From Intoshia linei (Eukaryota; Animalia; Orthonectida), in contig LWCA01000296.1 in the NCBI GenBank assembly GCA_001642005.1, positions 1 through 33,138 on the forward strand: a DNA stretch of 33,138 nt, written 5' to 3'. The position numbers were made by a program, and so were the translations under genes. Below, one piece after another: positions 11,717 through 24,100 of the stretch (the stretch's first letter is position 1; every line of letters begins with the position of its first letter). The notes beneath the pieces are model-generated. The model made no database searches. It was not told the origin of the DNA and saw nothing but the letters and a program-made list of their open reading frames with translations.

Positions 11717-14700
11717 TTATGAATTTGTAATAATGTTGTGGTATGCTTTTTTGATTAGTATTTTTGGCAAACAATAATCCAAAAGATCGTCAGACAAGAA
11801 GGGGTTTTCTGAAATGATGGATTCGATAAGGAGGTAAACGGAATCACGCAATATATTTTTAGTTTCTTTTTCATTAACGTCAGAATGAGTACGTAACATG
11901 GAGGACGAAAGCAATGCAAGAAACTCCTTCATACGTGGAATAACATCATCATTATCTCCATAGACAAGAAAAAGTATTGGAAAAAGGTAAGTCGAAATTT
12001 TGCATAAAGTGTGGACATTATTTTTAGAACCTTCGATTGAATTTTTAAACAAGGTTGAAGGCATTTTAGCTAATTTTGGAATTGAAATGGCAAAAAATAC
12101 CATAAATAAACATGAATTTGAATATTCGTCCGTTTTGGAGCGAATTTGAATGTTTTTAATGGAACTTAATAGAATAGGGTCAAATTTTGTTTTAAATCCT
12201 GAAGAATTTACAAAAGTTGAATATACGGATAAATTTCCGGGTAAACATGTTTCAACTGATTCGTTAACTCGATTATTGAAATTTTTTAGTAATTGTGTGA
12301 AAAAGGGTAATTTTGATTCTAGAACCATACGTAAACCCGATTGAGCCAAATCATAAAAAGACAACAAAACACCAATTATGGAAACTCTTTCCAAAAAATC
12401 TTCATGATCATTTAATTGTTTTTCCAAATCCTTTAAATTTTTGGGTTTATCATAACAAACACGAATTCCAGATAAAACCTCTTTATTTTTAATTATCAGC
12501 TTTTTAATTTCATTGTATTGAGCCAAAACATGCCAAATAACTTTTTCACATAAAAACTTCATGCCAATTGGACCAATAAGTCTTGTCAATGCCATCATCT
12601 CTGTAATATCCCCATATTCTTCCGCAGCGAACGGTAAAGTGGTTTCTGTCAGCATGCTGACAAAAGACATGTGGGTAGGTGAATAAACAATGTTGCCTTC
12701 AGCAACCTTTCTAATAAAAAAATTTGTATACCATGTCACATAATGAGATGCAATAGATTTGTTTTCCGACACGTCTTCAAAATCTGGTAAAGACTGTTCT
12801 GGCATTACATTATTAAAAATTTGACAAGCATCAAATTGAACATAATCTTCTAAACATTGAAAAACGCGCATTCCAGCTGTCAAACTATGTAATAATTCTG
12901 ACGGTCTAGTAATTTCATTTCTTTCACTATTTACTATAACCATAGTTTGAATAGCCATTGTGAGACGTTTTTCGAGAACCAGAGAAAAAATTTCCTTTGT
13001 ATTTAAAACTGTATCATGTATTATAATTTGATTGGCGAGAGGGTTGTTTAATGATTCACAAAGTTGACTTAATGCAATATGCAACTTGTCAATAACTGCC
13101 AAATTTTCAACGTCACGTCTAATAGATTCTGACCCAGGGTAATCCATATTGTACATTAAATCCTTCAATTTTTTTTTACCTCGAATAGTTCTTTCTTTTT
13201 TGTTTCGTTTTTTTTGAGCATTTAATGCTATAATTTCAGAACAATTTTTAGGCAACAACTTTCGAGATAACTCATTATGTTCATCACACATTTGAGTAAC
13301 AATGTTTGACAATTCTTCGCAAATCAAATTGATAAAAGACTTTGCCAATTCAATCGATTCATTAGAAATTTTCGTCATTTCATCATTGATTGTAATTTTT
13401 GCTGCAAAAGGAAAATGACTGCATATCAATACAAACGAAACTATATAGCAATGTTGATTTGGGATTTGTAAAGCATCTTTGAAATGAAGTCGTAAATTGT
13501 TCTTAAAAAAGGCAAAAAAATCATAAATTGTGAATTCATCAATATAACCATCAGTGTCACTTAAAAGGTGGCAATCGTAATAAATGTTGTTTAAATAATT
13601 AACTAAAGGGTCCTGTGAAATTACATTTAAATTTTTTTCACTAAAACTACTGAAAATGTAAGAAAATAGTCGTAAAATATCTAGACAAATTCCTTGAAAA
13701 ATTGCACTTGAGGAATTATTCACATGTTGAACTCCTTCATAATCAAAATTATTTGTTACAGTTACTATTCCCTGAGATATAAAATGTAGCATTTGGGATT
13801 CATAATCAGATGTTATTATACATTTTTTCATGTTTTCGTGTATAAATGGCAAATTAAATGACAACATTTTTTGAGTGTAATATTTTACTATAACATGTAC
13901 GTTTTCTTTAATGATTTGACGTATTTCTAGTATATAATACAAAATTTCAGAAAGATATTTTTCTTTAAAATAAGTTGATATCACGTGGGATTGTTTTTTA
14001 TTTAACTGAAAAAAACAATGTAATTCGTACCATTTTAACTCGTCCTGAGTTAATTTTAAAAGAGACATTACAGTGACAAATTTTGGTCCCAATAACCCTG
14101 GTTCATCTTGAAGGACTAGCTTTATCGAACGTAATGATTGTTTGAGAAAAAATCGCATACTCATTCTAGTTTCAATTGATTTTTCGTTTGTCGCAACAGA
14201 CTGGTATTCCTTCACCTCCGCTATACGTTTATTTTGGCCTTTTATTTTGCTCAAAATTTCAATTACAAAGCTATGAATTGGTATTGTATAATTTCGTACT
14301 ATTGACACCACATATCGAGATCTTAAAACCTAAATTAAATTAAAATATTTTTTATCAATTGTATCAATTTTTTTTGATTGTTAGGATAGGGTCTTCACTA
14401 ACGTAAAAATTAACGTAACCTATTATAATTCTGACCAAAACTTGTATAATAAAGTAAAAGTTGTCAAAAATATGTACCACTAATAAGGTTGGAATACATT
14501 ATAGGTTTTCATTCCTTGTCTTTCGAAAATTAACAATTCACCTATTAATGTTTTTTATAATTTTTGTGTCATTTGCATCTGTATCAACAGTCATTTTTTT
14601 AATATCTAGGAATATTTTCATTTTTTAAAAAAGTGAAAATATGGGATTTTGATCGTCAAAATGTACTTTTTGGGTTTACGATTTATCATAATGTAGATCA

Positions 14701-17343
14701 GGGCTTCCCAACCTTTTTTCACCAATCCCCACTTTTTGTATTTTTATGGTGATATAATTTTTTATTGCCCATTTGCAGAATTGTAAAATAATCTATTTAA
14801 AAAATCAAAATTTTTAATTTTTAAGGCTTAAATAAGAAAATTTTGAAAAAATTACCAGAAAAAAATAAAACTATAATATCTACAAAAGGATTTAAAACGT
14901 TCACATTTTAAAATCGCCCAGGTTGGGAAGCTCTGATGCAGATGATTTTAAAATCTTATCAGATTGTGCATTTTTTATAATTGTAGGACTTTGACTTATT
15001 GATTCTGACTGTATTTAAAAGAAGAAAAGATATATAGGGTTTTTAACCTTGAAAGACTCATTTTCTTATAATGAAATTTGCGATAAAACATCACACTAGA
15101 AAAACTGTAATAGAAACATATAATTTTTAAAACTCGATCTCTCTTACTTTCATAAATTTTTAACTAAATTAATTTATGTAAGTAAGGATTTACCGTTATA
15201 AATATTAAAACAAATTTACCGATAAAAATATTTTTACCAATAATTTTCCGGTAAATTTTTATCGATTGCCAACCCTAATCAGTAACCATTTATTTAGAAA
15301 ACTGAGTCCCAGAAATTTCAAAAACATAAATTTTAAGTCAGTTTTTTTAGGTGGAGAAAGTAAGATAGATTACATTATCAAAAATTAAAATCTTCAGGTT
15401 AAAAATACAAGATACCAAATTTTTTGAAAATGAAAAAACCAAAAATCTCTGAATTTTATAACACAAATTGTTATACAGTCTCATAAATTATATTTTCTGT
15501 AATTTAAATCTTCACAGTATAAACTATACAATATTAAATGTAATTATACATTAATATGTGTAACCATATACATTGTATATTATACCTGTATACCCGTAAT
15601 TCCCGATTCAAATAATGTACGAAACCACATTTCTAAATATTTATTTTTTTGGACGCCAAAGGAAACATGAAATATAAAACATTTATGACAAATTAAGTTT
15701 TTTCTCATAAGATTTAGTAAAATCCTGATTTTCAAAAAAATATTAGAAAAAGAGGATTTTTGAAAAAAGGTTAGTAAAATTATGTTTTATTTTGGGGTTT
15801 GATTAAGTTAATGTTTATCATATGGTTTGGTAAAATCGCATTTTTTAAAAAAATATCGGTAAAAATCGATTTTTCCCCGAGGGTTTAAAATAATATTTTT
15901 TATTAAATTTTATTAATGGTAGAATAAAAGTGGGATTTTTGAAATAATAATGTAGCTGTCGTTTAGGCTTTGGTCTAAATTTCCAACATTTGGCAACTCT
16001 GTAATAAATATTAAAAATTCTTCTATAAAAATGAACAAAAATCGAAAATTTTATTTGAATCTCACGGACCCCAGTCATATAGTTTTCGACTCCAAGGGAT
16101 CCACGGATCCAAATTGGGAATCACTGCATTACCATTATTTTAAAAAATGTAAAAATTTTCAATCTTTAAAATTAATGCCTTCACGCAGAGCCGACGATAC
16201 AAAGCCCGAAGAAACCAGTCAACGAAAAAAAGGTCCAGAAAAATTTCGAAAAGGATGTGTAGTATCATATAGTCCCTAGCCATCTCTCCAAGGCTATTGG
16301 CTTGAAATTTTATGTTAACACGTAAAATATTCCATTTTCAAGAATATTATTTTTTACTCCCCAATTTGGAAAAATGAGCAAAATGAATGAGTTTCAAAAA
16401 TGATCTAATATGAACATTAAAATTCTGATTTCTGAGCCAGTCCGTTGACCGAATTAGTCACATTTAATAAATCCTTACAATTTATGCATTAGAAAAAAAT
16501 AAAATAATAAAAAACCTCCTTCCACAAATTTCTGGATTCAACCGTAGAATATTTCATATTGAGTGTAACAATATAAATAATACATTTATCAATCCATTCC
16601 TTTGAAAGATGTTCATAAATAGAATTATTATCATTAGTCGGTTCAGTAATGGTACCAATATTAGTGAGAATATTGTACTTTTGAGAAGATCTTAGAGAAT
16701 TAACATTCATGTTTTTCATGGAATAAACGCTCTTCAAAGAAACGACAGCAATATCCATTCTGGGATAATAAATTTCCAAATCATTAACAAGATCAGAATA
16801 ACCGATAGAATTTTTAATCAACCATTTACCCATGAGTTCAAATTTAGATTCAGGTTGATTATTGACAAGAGAATAAGAAATAACAAAAAGAGATAAAACA
16901 GGAAAAATTTTGGTTAATTTAGAAACAATTAGCATAATATCAATAAAATTGACCACCATTTCAAGATAATGAACGGTAAGTACAAAACACCTTGAAATAT
17001 TCAACTCAATTCGATTAAATTTAATGGCGGAAAGTAAATCTATAACCTGTTGCTTTAAAATCATAACATCCAGAAATGTATAATAATGAGGAGCACAAGA
17101 TTTATAAATCAATTCTTTTTTTGGTAAAACAATAGAATTAATTGAACTGGAATTAAAATCAATGTGAGGAAATTTTTTAGACAGCAATTTTATATAAGCT
17201 TCCGAAGTCTTATTTGAAAAAATTTCAGATATTGGAGAAGGATCAGAATATAAGTTGTATAAACGAACAAGTAAATCTTTTTCAAAGTCAATCAAAATTT
17301 TGAGACGCTCTGCAATCTTATGATCGTTCGAACTTGGTTTCAT
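11717..17343 (-). CDS. NCKAP1: Nck-associated protein 1 (Nap1/Hem/Kette), WAVE regulatory complex subunit, ~1146 aa
   Basis: Two exons, 17343-16516 and 14329-11717, with a phase-0 GT-AG intron. Conserved motifs HKIAERL, KKFP, YYTFLDVM, DEPGLLGPK, PGSES, DKLH, RPSELL, AEEYGDITEMMAL..LIGPIGMKFL, MKEFLAL. ATG at 17343 preferred over the TTG ORF start at 17364. Confidence 0.95.
14699..14935. mobile_element. hAT MITE nested in a Helitron-like repeat within the NCKAP1 intron
   Basis: TIR CAGGGCTTCCCAACCT / AGGTTGGGAAGCTCTG; TSD ATGTAGAT / ATGCAGAT (7/8). Confidence 0.88.
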
Positions 17344-17411
17344 CTTAATAAAATAAACTTTCAAAGTTTGTTTAGTAAATTTGTAATGCGTTATGGAAAT
17401 GATATGTACAT

Positions 17412-17417
17412 TTTATT
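17412..17417 (-). terminator. Polyadenylation signal AATAAA of the myosin light chain gene
   Basis: AATAAA lies 16 nt after the MRLC stop codon on the minus strand. Confidence 0.5.
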
Positions 17418-17433
17418 TAAAAATACAATTAAA

Positions 17434-17973
17434 TTAAATAGTATTTATATTGGATTCGAGATCGGGTTCTTGTTTTCCATGGCGTAAAACTTTGGCAAAT
17501 TTTTGATAGTTAAAGTTTCCATTGTTATCAATTTGGGCATCGTGCATAACCAAGTCTACGTCTTCTTCCGCCATTCTATCGCCAGTCGTCATGAGAATTT
17601 CTTTAATGTAATCGACGGAAATTTTACCACTATCAGTGATATCAAAGCAAGAGTAAGCATTGTAAATTACTTGTTCAGGGTCTGTTCCGTTCAATCGTTC
17701 ACCAAACATTGTCAAAAACATTGTGAAATTTATTGGACCCGTTGTCTCGTCCAGCATGTTTTGTAATTCATTGTCAGATGGTTCTTTTCCCAATGATGCA
17801 AAAATTTCACGCAAATCTTCGATAGAAATGTAACCGTCATGGTTTTGGTCAATCATTGAAAATGCCTCTTTAAATTCTTGGATTTGATTTTTATCAAACA
17901 TGGCAAACACGTTTGATGTCGCTCTCTGTGTTCTTCTTCTCATTTGCTTTCCTTTTGATTTTCTTGAAGACAT
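17434..17973 (-). CDS. MYL12: Myosin regulatory light chain (non-muscle/smooth type, sqh/MYL9/MYL12-like), 179 aa, intronless
   Basis: MSSRKSKGKQMRRRTQRATSNVFAMFDKNQIQEFKEAFSMIDQNHDGYI...GPINFTMFLTMFGERLNGTDPE, with the RATSNVF phosphorylation site and EF-hand. ATG at 17973 preferred over the TTG at 18024. Confidence 0.96.
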   Translation of the reverse strand: MSSRKSKGKQMRRRTQRATSNVFAMFDKNQIQEFKEAFSMIDQNHDGYISIEDLREIFASLGKEPSDNELQNMLDETTGPINFTMFLTMFGERLNGTDPEQVIYNAYSCFDITDSGKISVDYIKEILMTTGDRMAEEDVDLVMHDAQIDNNGNFNYQKFAKVLRHGKQEPDLESNINTI

Positions 17974-18120
17974 TTTAGTTTTTTTTAATCTTTGCAATAA
18001 CACAGTTTTACAAATTCGTAGCAATAAATTTCACGCAACAATAATTAGGTTACTAGGAAAAAATAAATAATACATCAATTTGAATTTGAATGTTATTTTC
18101 ATTTTCGTCTACAATATTTA
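17974..18120. promoter_or_regulatory. Putative bidirectional promoter between MRLC and PDPR
   Basis: Only 147 nt separate the divergent ATGs. Confidence 0.5.
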
Positions 18121-21100
18121 ATGATTAAGCGTTTTCCTTTCCATCACTTATCTTTAAGACGTCAATCTATTCAAAACCATAAAAATTTTGACGTTGTAAT
18201 TTGTGGTGGAGGATTAATTGGGTCATCAATTGCCTACAATTTGTCGTATCTCGGTTATAATAATGTCCTTATTATCAATACTCACAGGTTGTTTATTGTT
18301 GCATTAGATAATATCAACCTAGTGTCGATAAAGTGAGACTGTGGAAATCTTCTGGTATTGTTAGTCATTTGCATTCCAATGCTTTAGAACGAAGTCTAGT
18401 CAAAGATTCCACTCAGTTTTATAAAAAATTGCATAATGACGGCATAGATATTGGTAGGTTAGAATTAGTCAAGACAAATTTTACGTTTTGTGCGAAATGG
18501 TTCAATATTTTTATTTGTTAGAATTAGATTAGATTATGACTAGTTATGCGACGATTTCAAGGAATCGCTGAAATCGTTTTTTATTAATGGGTAAAATTTT
18601 AAATTTTTTACTATTACTATTTTTACAAAAAAAAATTTTATTACATATGGATTGTCACTCACTACATACAATTAATTAAATTTCCGAATATTAGTTTACT
18701 TGCAAAAAAAATATTTATTTTCGCATCTTCTACAATTGAAATCTAAACAATTTCAGGGTTGGGGGTTATATCTGGTATCCAAAACGAAATAGAATGATTG
18801 GTATAACTAGCGAATAGCTTATGTTTTTAATATTGCTAATTTTTAGGTTCTAAAATGAATATAATAATTTTATAAAAATAGAATAAAAAAAAATAAATAC
18901 TAATGTGATTTTTTAATTATGAAGGTGTCACTTTTTTATATTGAACTTTTGTGTGTGTATTAACTGGAGATAACTAATCGGTTATGTTTTTTTTTAAATC
19001 CTAGGAGTTAATTTTTTAAAAAAAAGGTAATCTGGCGTTTTGATCATGAAAATACACTTTTTTAAGGTTGCCATTTATTATCACGCTTATGATTTTAAAA
19101 ACTATTCAGGAATTTAATTTTTATACAATTTTAGGTCGTTTTATTTTTAAAAATAAGGGGAAATTGGGTTTTTTAAATTCTATCACTGTTAATTTTTTAA
19201 ATAAAAGGTAACACACACAGACATTCAATTTTATAAAAGTAAAGGATAAATGCATTATATTAAATAGTTAGTCCCAAAATCTTAATCAAAGAATAGTCAA
19301 TGAAAAAAACATTTAACTCTAATTTTTAAAAATTTATAAAATAAACTAAAATTTCTTTACGCCGCGGCCCGCGGCGCATCGGTTAAGAATCACTGTTATA
19401 TAACTTTAATATTTTTATTTTTAAAAATAATGGGTAATTTTGTAGTTTTATCCGTGATTTTAAAAATTTCAGATAATTCTATTTATGAGACTGTATTCTA
19501 ATTGAAAAGATACTTAAAAGTAGGCATGTATTATAATCCAGGGGTTCTCAGCCTTTTAACCTTCTATGTTAAAATCAACTATAATTTTAATAAAATCAAT
19601 AAGTATTATAATATTGGAAAAAAGGTAAATAATTTTTATTTGTTTCCATTTGATTCTTGAGCCTGGTCATTGAGGGGTAAATTCTTAATTCTTGGAGTTA
19701 TGCTGGTTACTTTGATAAAAATATCTCTTTGTTGACATATATTAATTTTGTTTCTATCTTTACTTTATTTTGTTTACAGTTTCAGAAATATTTAAGAAAA
19801 TTCTGAAATTCAGACTGTAAATTTCAATTTTATTATTACTTTTCAAGTTAAAAATATCAAAAATAACATTTTAAATACTTGACATTTTTAATAATATTGG
19901 TTGCAGCGCCCTTGTGGCACGCTGCAAGCCAACGTTGGGAAACACTGTTATAATATATGCTTTTTTTAAAATTTAAGAACTACTAATTTTCTTTTTTTTA
20001 GACAAAGGGTGGTTTGTGTTTTTGACTTACAATAAATATGCAAATACCTGACAGCTAAATTTATATTACTTTCCCACCGGAAAAAACTCACTTATAATTT
20101 GTGATTGATAGAATTTTTGGAATAGAAAAAATTCTATCGATATTTTTTAAATATTTTACACTTTTAATTCATTGTTAGTTATTGCTCCAACAAAAAATTT
20201 TTAATTTAATCTGTATTACACTTGCTTCATCATAAAGTTGCGTGTATGTAGACTTTTGGAACTCACTCTATATGTTTTAAATCTTGATACACTCATAGAA
20301 TTTTTTAAAGGATTTTTGGAAGGTTTTTATTCGTAGGATTAATCACTTAATAATTATACTATTATGCAAATTTGTAAATAATTGTAGATATATATTTTAG
20401 GTTACTTAAAATGCGGATCATTAAATTTGGCTAGATCATTTGATAGATTAACATTATATAAAAGAATTCAAGATAATTTAGAGTTATTACATTTACGTTT
20501 AGAATTAGTATGGATGTGAATTATTTATTGAAATTACTGCAAATAAAACCAATTAATTTTTTTTATAAAATTATTGTTCAATTCATTGGTTTTACATATA
20601 TAGTTCATTATAATGTGGTTAGGATTCGTCCGTCGAATGTGATAAATATATAAAGTATAATTAAAAAATTTTATTTTTTTTGGGACATTTAAAATTTAAA
20701 AATTCCGTTTTTTTAAATTCACTTTAACGGATATTCAATTTTATATACAAAAATGTATGCAAATGATAAAAATTAAATTAAAATTTTAATGAACCATTTA
20801 AATTGTTCATAATTAACTTGAGCCGTTATGAAACCATGAGATGAACTGGCACTATAAAAAATGTTTATGAAAAATTTGGAAATGTTTTATTCTACCCGTA
20901 TTATTACTCGTATCCCTATTTCTTCTCCGTTCGAATACAAGCACCCCAGATTATTATCAAATATTTCCAATTTTAGCTAAGTTTTATCTAGAAATATATT
21001 TTATTTATAATATAGTACAATCAATGTGAAATCCCATATTTTGACTCCAAGTATATTAAAAAAAGAAGCAGATTATTTAAACACTACAGATTTAAAGGTT

Positions 21101-24100
21101 TTATTAGAGATTTTTTTGTAATTGTATTAATACGTACGTTGTGTTAAAGTGAACCACTAATGGATTTATGATATGTAGTGTCATATAGTCTAGCTACCTA
21201 TTCAAGGTTGTTGACTTGACATTTTAAAAACAATAATTTAATTTTTTTTACATTTTTTGTTTTTTCTTACTCAATTTATAAAGATTTTGACAATCCCATA
21301 AAATGTTCAAAATATTCCCTTCAAAACCCTACAAAATTTTTAAAATTGGGGGGGAAAAAACTTCCCTTAAAAACCGTACAAAATGTTGGTTTCAAAATTA
21401 TCTTCAAACTCTGTAAAAAATGGAAGAAAAAATATTCCCTTAAAATCCTACAAAATTTTGGTCCCAAAATTATGGATATAAGATAATAAAAATATATACA
21501 TCACATCATGAAATACACAGCTCAAACGAATGTCGCTTCAGAGAATGGACGTCAAATTTATTACGTTTTTTATCTAATTTTTTTTTAATTTTGCCTAGTA
21601 ATTTCCCTTTAATGGTCTGCCATAAATTTTATAATTTATTACCGGTCCGTCGTGAAAAAAGTGCTGGAACCCCTGACATAGTCCGTTGTCTCAATATTTT
21701 TTTATTTCTTTGAATGTACATTTTGTAGAGTTGAAAACCTGTCCTTTAACTCACTGAAATGATGTTACCCGTTTTACATGCACCGATTTTACAAATAAAT
21801 GGTTCTTCTTTCCTCAAAAATAAAATATAATTAAATATAAACAATTTTATATTTTTATATTTTTACGTATATACAAAAAATTTCCATTTAGGGAGCTTTA
21901 ATGATTGAAGAAGATTGTCTTATAGAATCATTTAAATTAAAAAAATATTACTATACAAAATTTATGGAAAAAAATGTAACTCTTGTAGAAAATACTAATG
22001 TTGTCAAAATTATTCAACAACCTGATAAAACATTTACCCTTTTTACCAATACTGGATCTTACAACTCCAAAGCTCTAGTAAATTGTGCTGGTTTGGTAAT
22101 TTTATAATTTACATTTAACTTGAATATATAATTACATTCTAGTCCATTTTAAATAATATTCCAGTGGTTGACAACCATTTTAGTCTCGCGAATCACGAAC
22201 AGATATTGAACTAAGAAATAGTGTAAAATTTTCTCGTATATTGGATTAAATCCTGTTTAATACCACTCTCATATCCTCTCATTTTTATTTTTATAATTAT
22301 CATCATTTTTCATTTTTAATAATTTATTATTAATTTAATAATCATTTTTATTTCCTGTACAGGGGCGGATCCAAGAGGCTAGTTAATGGGGTGCAAGCGA
22401 AGCAAGCAATATATTTAACTTTGCGAAGGTGAAAAAATTTTTAGGGACGTCTCTTTTAATTTCATTTAAAGGTTGTTATAAAATAGTTTCCAAATTTGGA
22501 TTTTTTCGCAAAAATAAAAAAATGATCAGCACAAAACAAATGGAAATGAATTTTGTTCATTAAATAATTTTAAATCAATTAGGTCCAGTCTTCTTGGATG
22601 AAGTATTGTAAATTCATTAACTAACATTAACATTACAACATTATAAAACATTAATTAAAAATTTAGGGGCTGCAACTGCACCCCCTTGAATCCGCCCCTG
22701 CTGTACTTTATTTAGAATGCTAGAAATATCGGAATGTCGTCCCAGCCAAAAGTTTATATACCCAGTTATCCTTGTTCTCATCATACGCTTATCAGCAAAT
22801 ATAATTTTGAAAGTGATAGGATGCCAAGTATTTTACTTAAAATTATAATTAAATATTATCAAATTTTCTCTGGTTACTATTTGGGGAAATGGCGAAACTG
22901 ACCAATATAATGCGCGCAGAGACTATCATGCTCAAAGTTTTCCAATAATGGGTATATTATCAATGTTACTATGGACGTATTAAAGTGTGGTAGTTTCTGC
23001 CTTTATGATAATATTTAAAATCGAAATTGTGTTGTAACCCTCAATGCATTGAGGGTGTATGTGTGGTGTAGTTTCAATCCTGTTCTAATCAAAACTTGCC
23101 TAATTATAATTATTTAAAATTTAAATGATAGTAATTCGAGATTTTGATGGAGGCATTCATATTCAATTTCGTCCTAAAGATTCTTATATAAAAATGGGAG
23201 GCTACGAGTTGTTTGGTGAACCAATTTTGCCAGAAAAGGGAAATAATGTTAACATGTATAACCTCAAACCGGAATGGAATAAATTTAGTAATTTATAAAC
23301 TAAAGAATTTGAACAATTTACTGAAATTGAAAATATTTAAATACAGGTATCATTATTTAGATTCAATGTTACACGAATTTTTATTCCGAATTCCATTTCT
23401 TTCTAATCAAAAAGCTGATCATTTGACGAATTACGCGGAATCATTTTCACCAGATGGAAAATTTGTATTTGGAGAATCGTTAGAGGTATTACCATAATAT
23501 AAAAAATAATAATAATGGAAAATTTTAATTTTTTGATAGGTTCCAAAATACTATGTTATCGCTGGATTATGCGCTCGAGGTTTACAATCTTCATATGATT
23601 TAGGTCATCAAATGGCCCATTTAATTGTTAATGGATTTACGCCAAAATGTATGGATTTTTTTGATGTCAAGAGGTTTATTAAACTGCACAATAACAAAAA
23701 TTATTTGATAAAAAGAATATCTGAAGCTACAAGTTGGTATTTAAGAGGATTGTTTATATACTTTAAGGTTTGTCTACTACAATAATGTACTGGAATACTG
23801 AATCGTCTCATCTTATTACTTGCAGAAATATTCGATCTTCAGTTATTTCACCGCGATTAGTTGATTATGCTGTTTTCGGTCAAACTAATGCTTATGAAAG
23901 ACCACTATATTTTAAAATTCAACCAGCTGACAACGAAAAGGATGAAATAGGTTTCTAATTGCATTATTCATTTGTATCTAATACAATTATTGTCCATTAA
24001 CATAGACTTTGTACAGAATAGTAATGTCTACAATATATGTACAATCTTTAACAGGGTGTGGAAAATGGGAATTTTTTTGGGCATTCTTGAATCTGAATAT

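Noticed and set aside
12150-12344. Short + ORF (also 17503-17766 and 30337-30543)
   Set aside because: Antisense shadows of the NCKAP1, MRLC and CCP1 coding exons.
15845-16279. ORFs 15845-16078 (-) and 16031-16279 (+)
   Set aside because: They lie over repeat/MITE remnants in the NCKAP1 intron and show no protein motifs.
21290-21470. Periodic repeats as a CRISPR-like array
   Set aside because: Eukaryotic intron, degenerate units, no unique spacers and no cas genes. It is a minisatellite.
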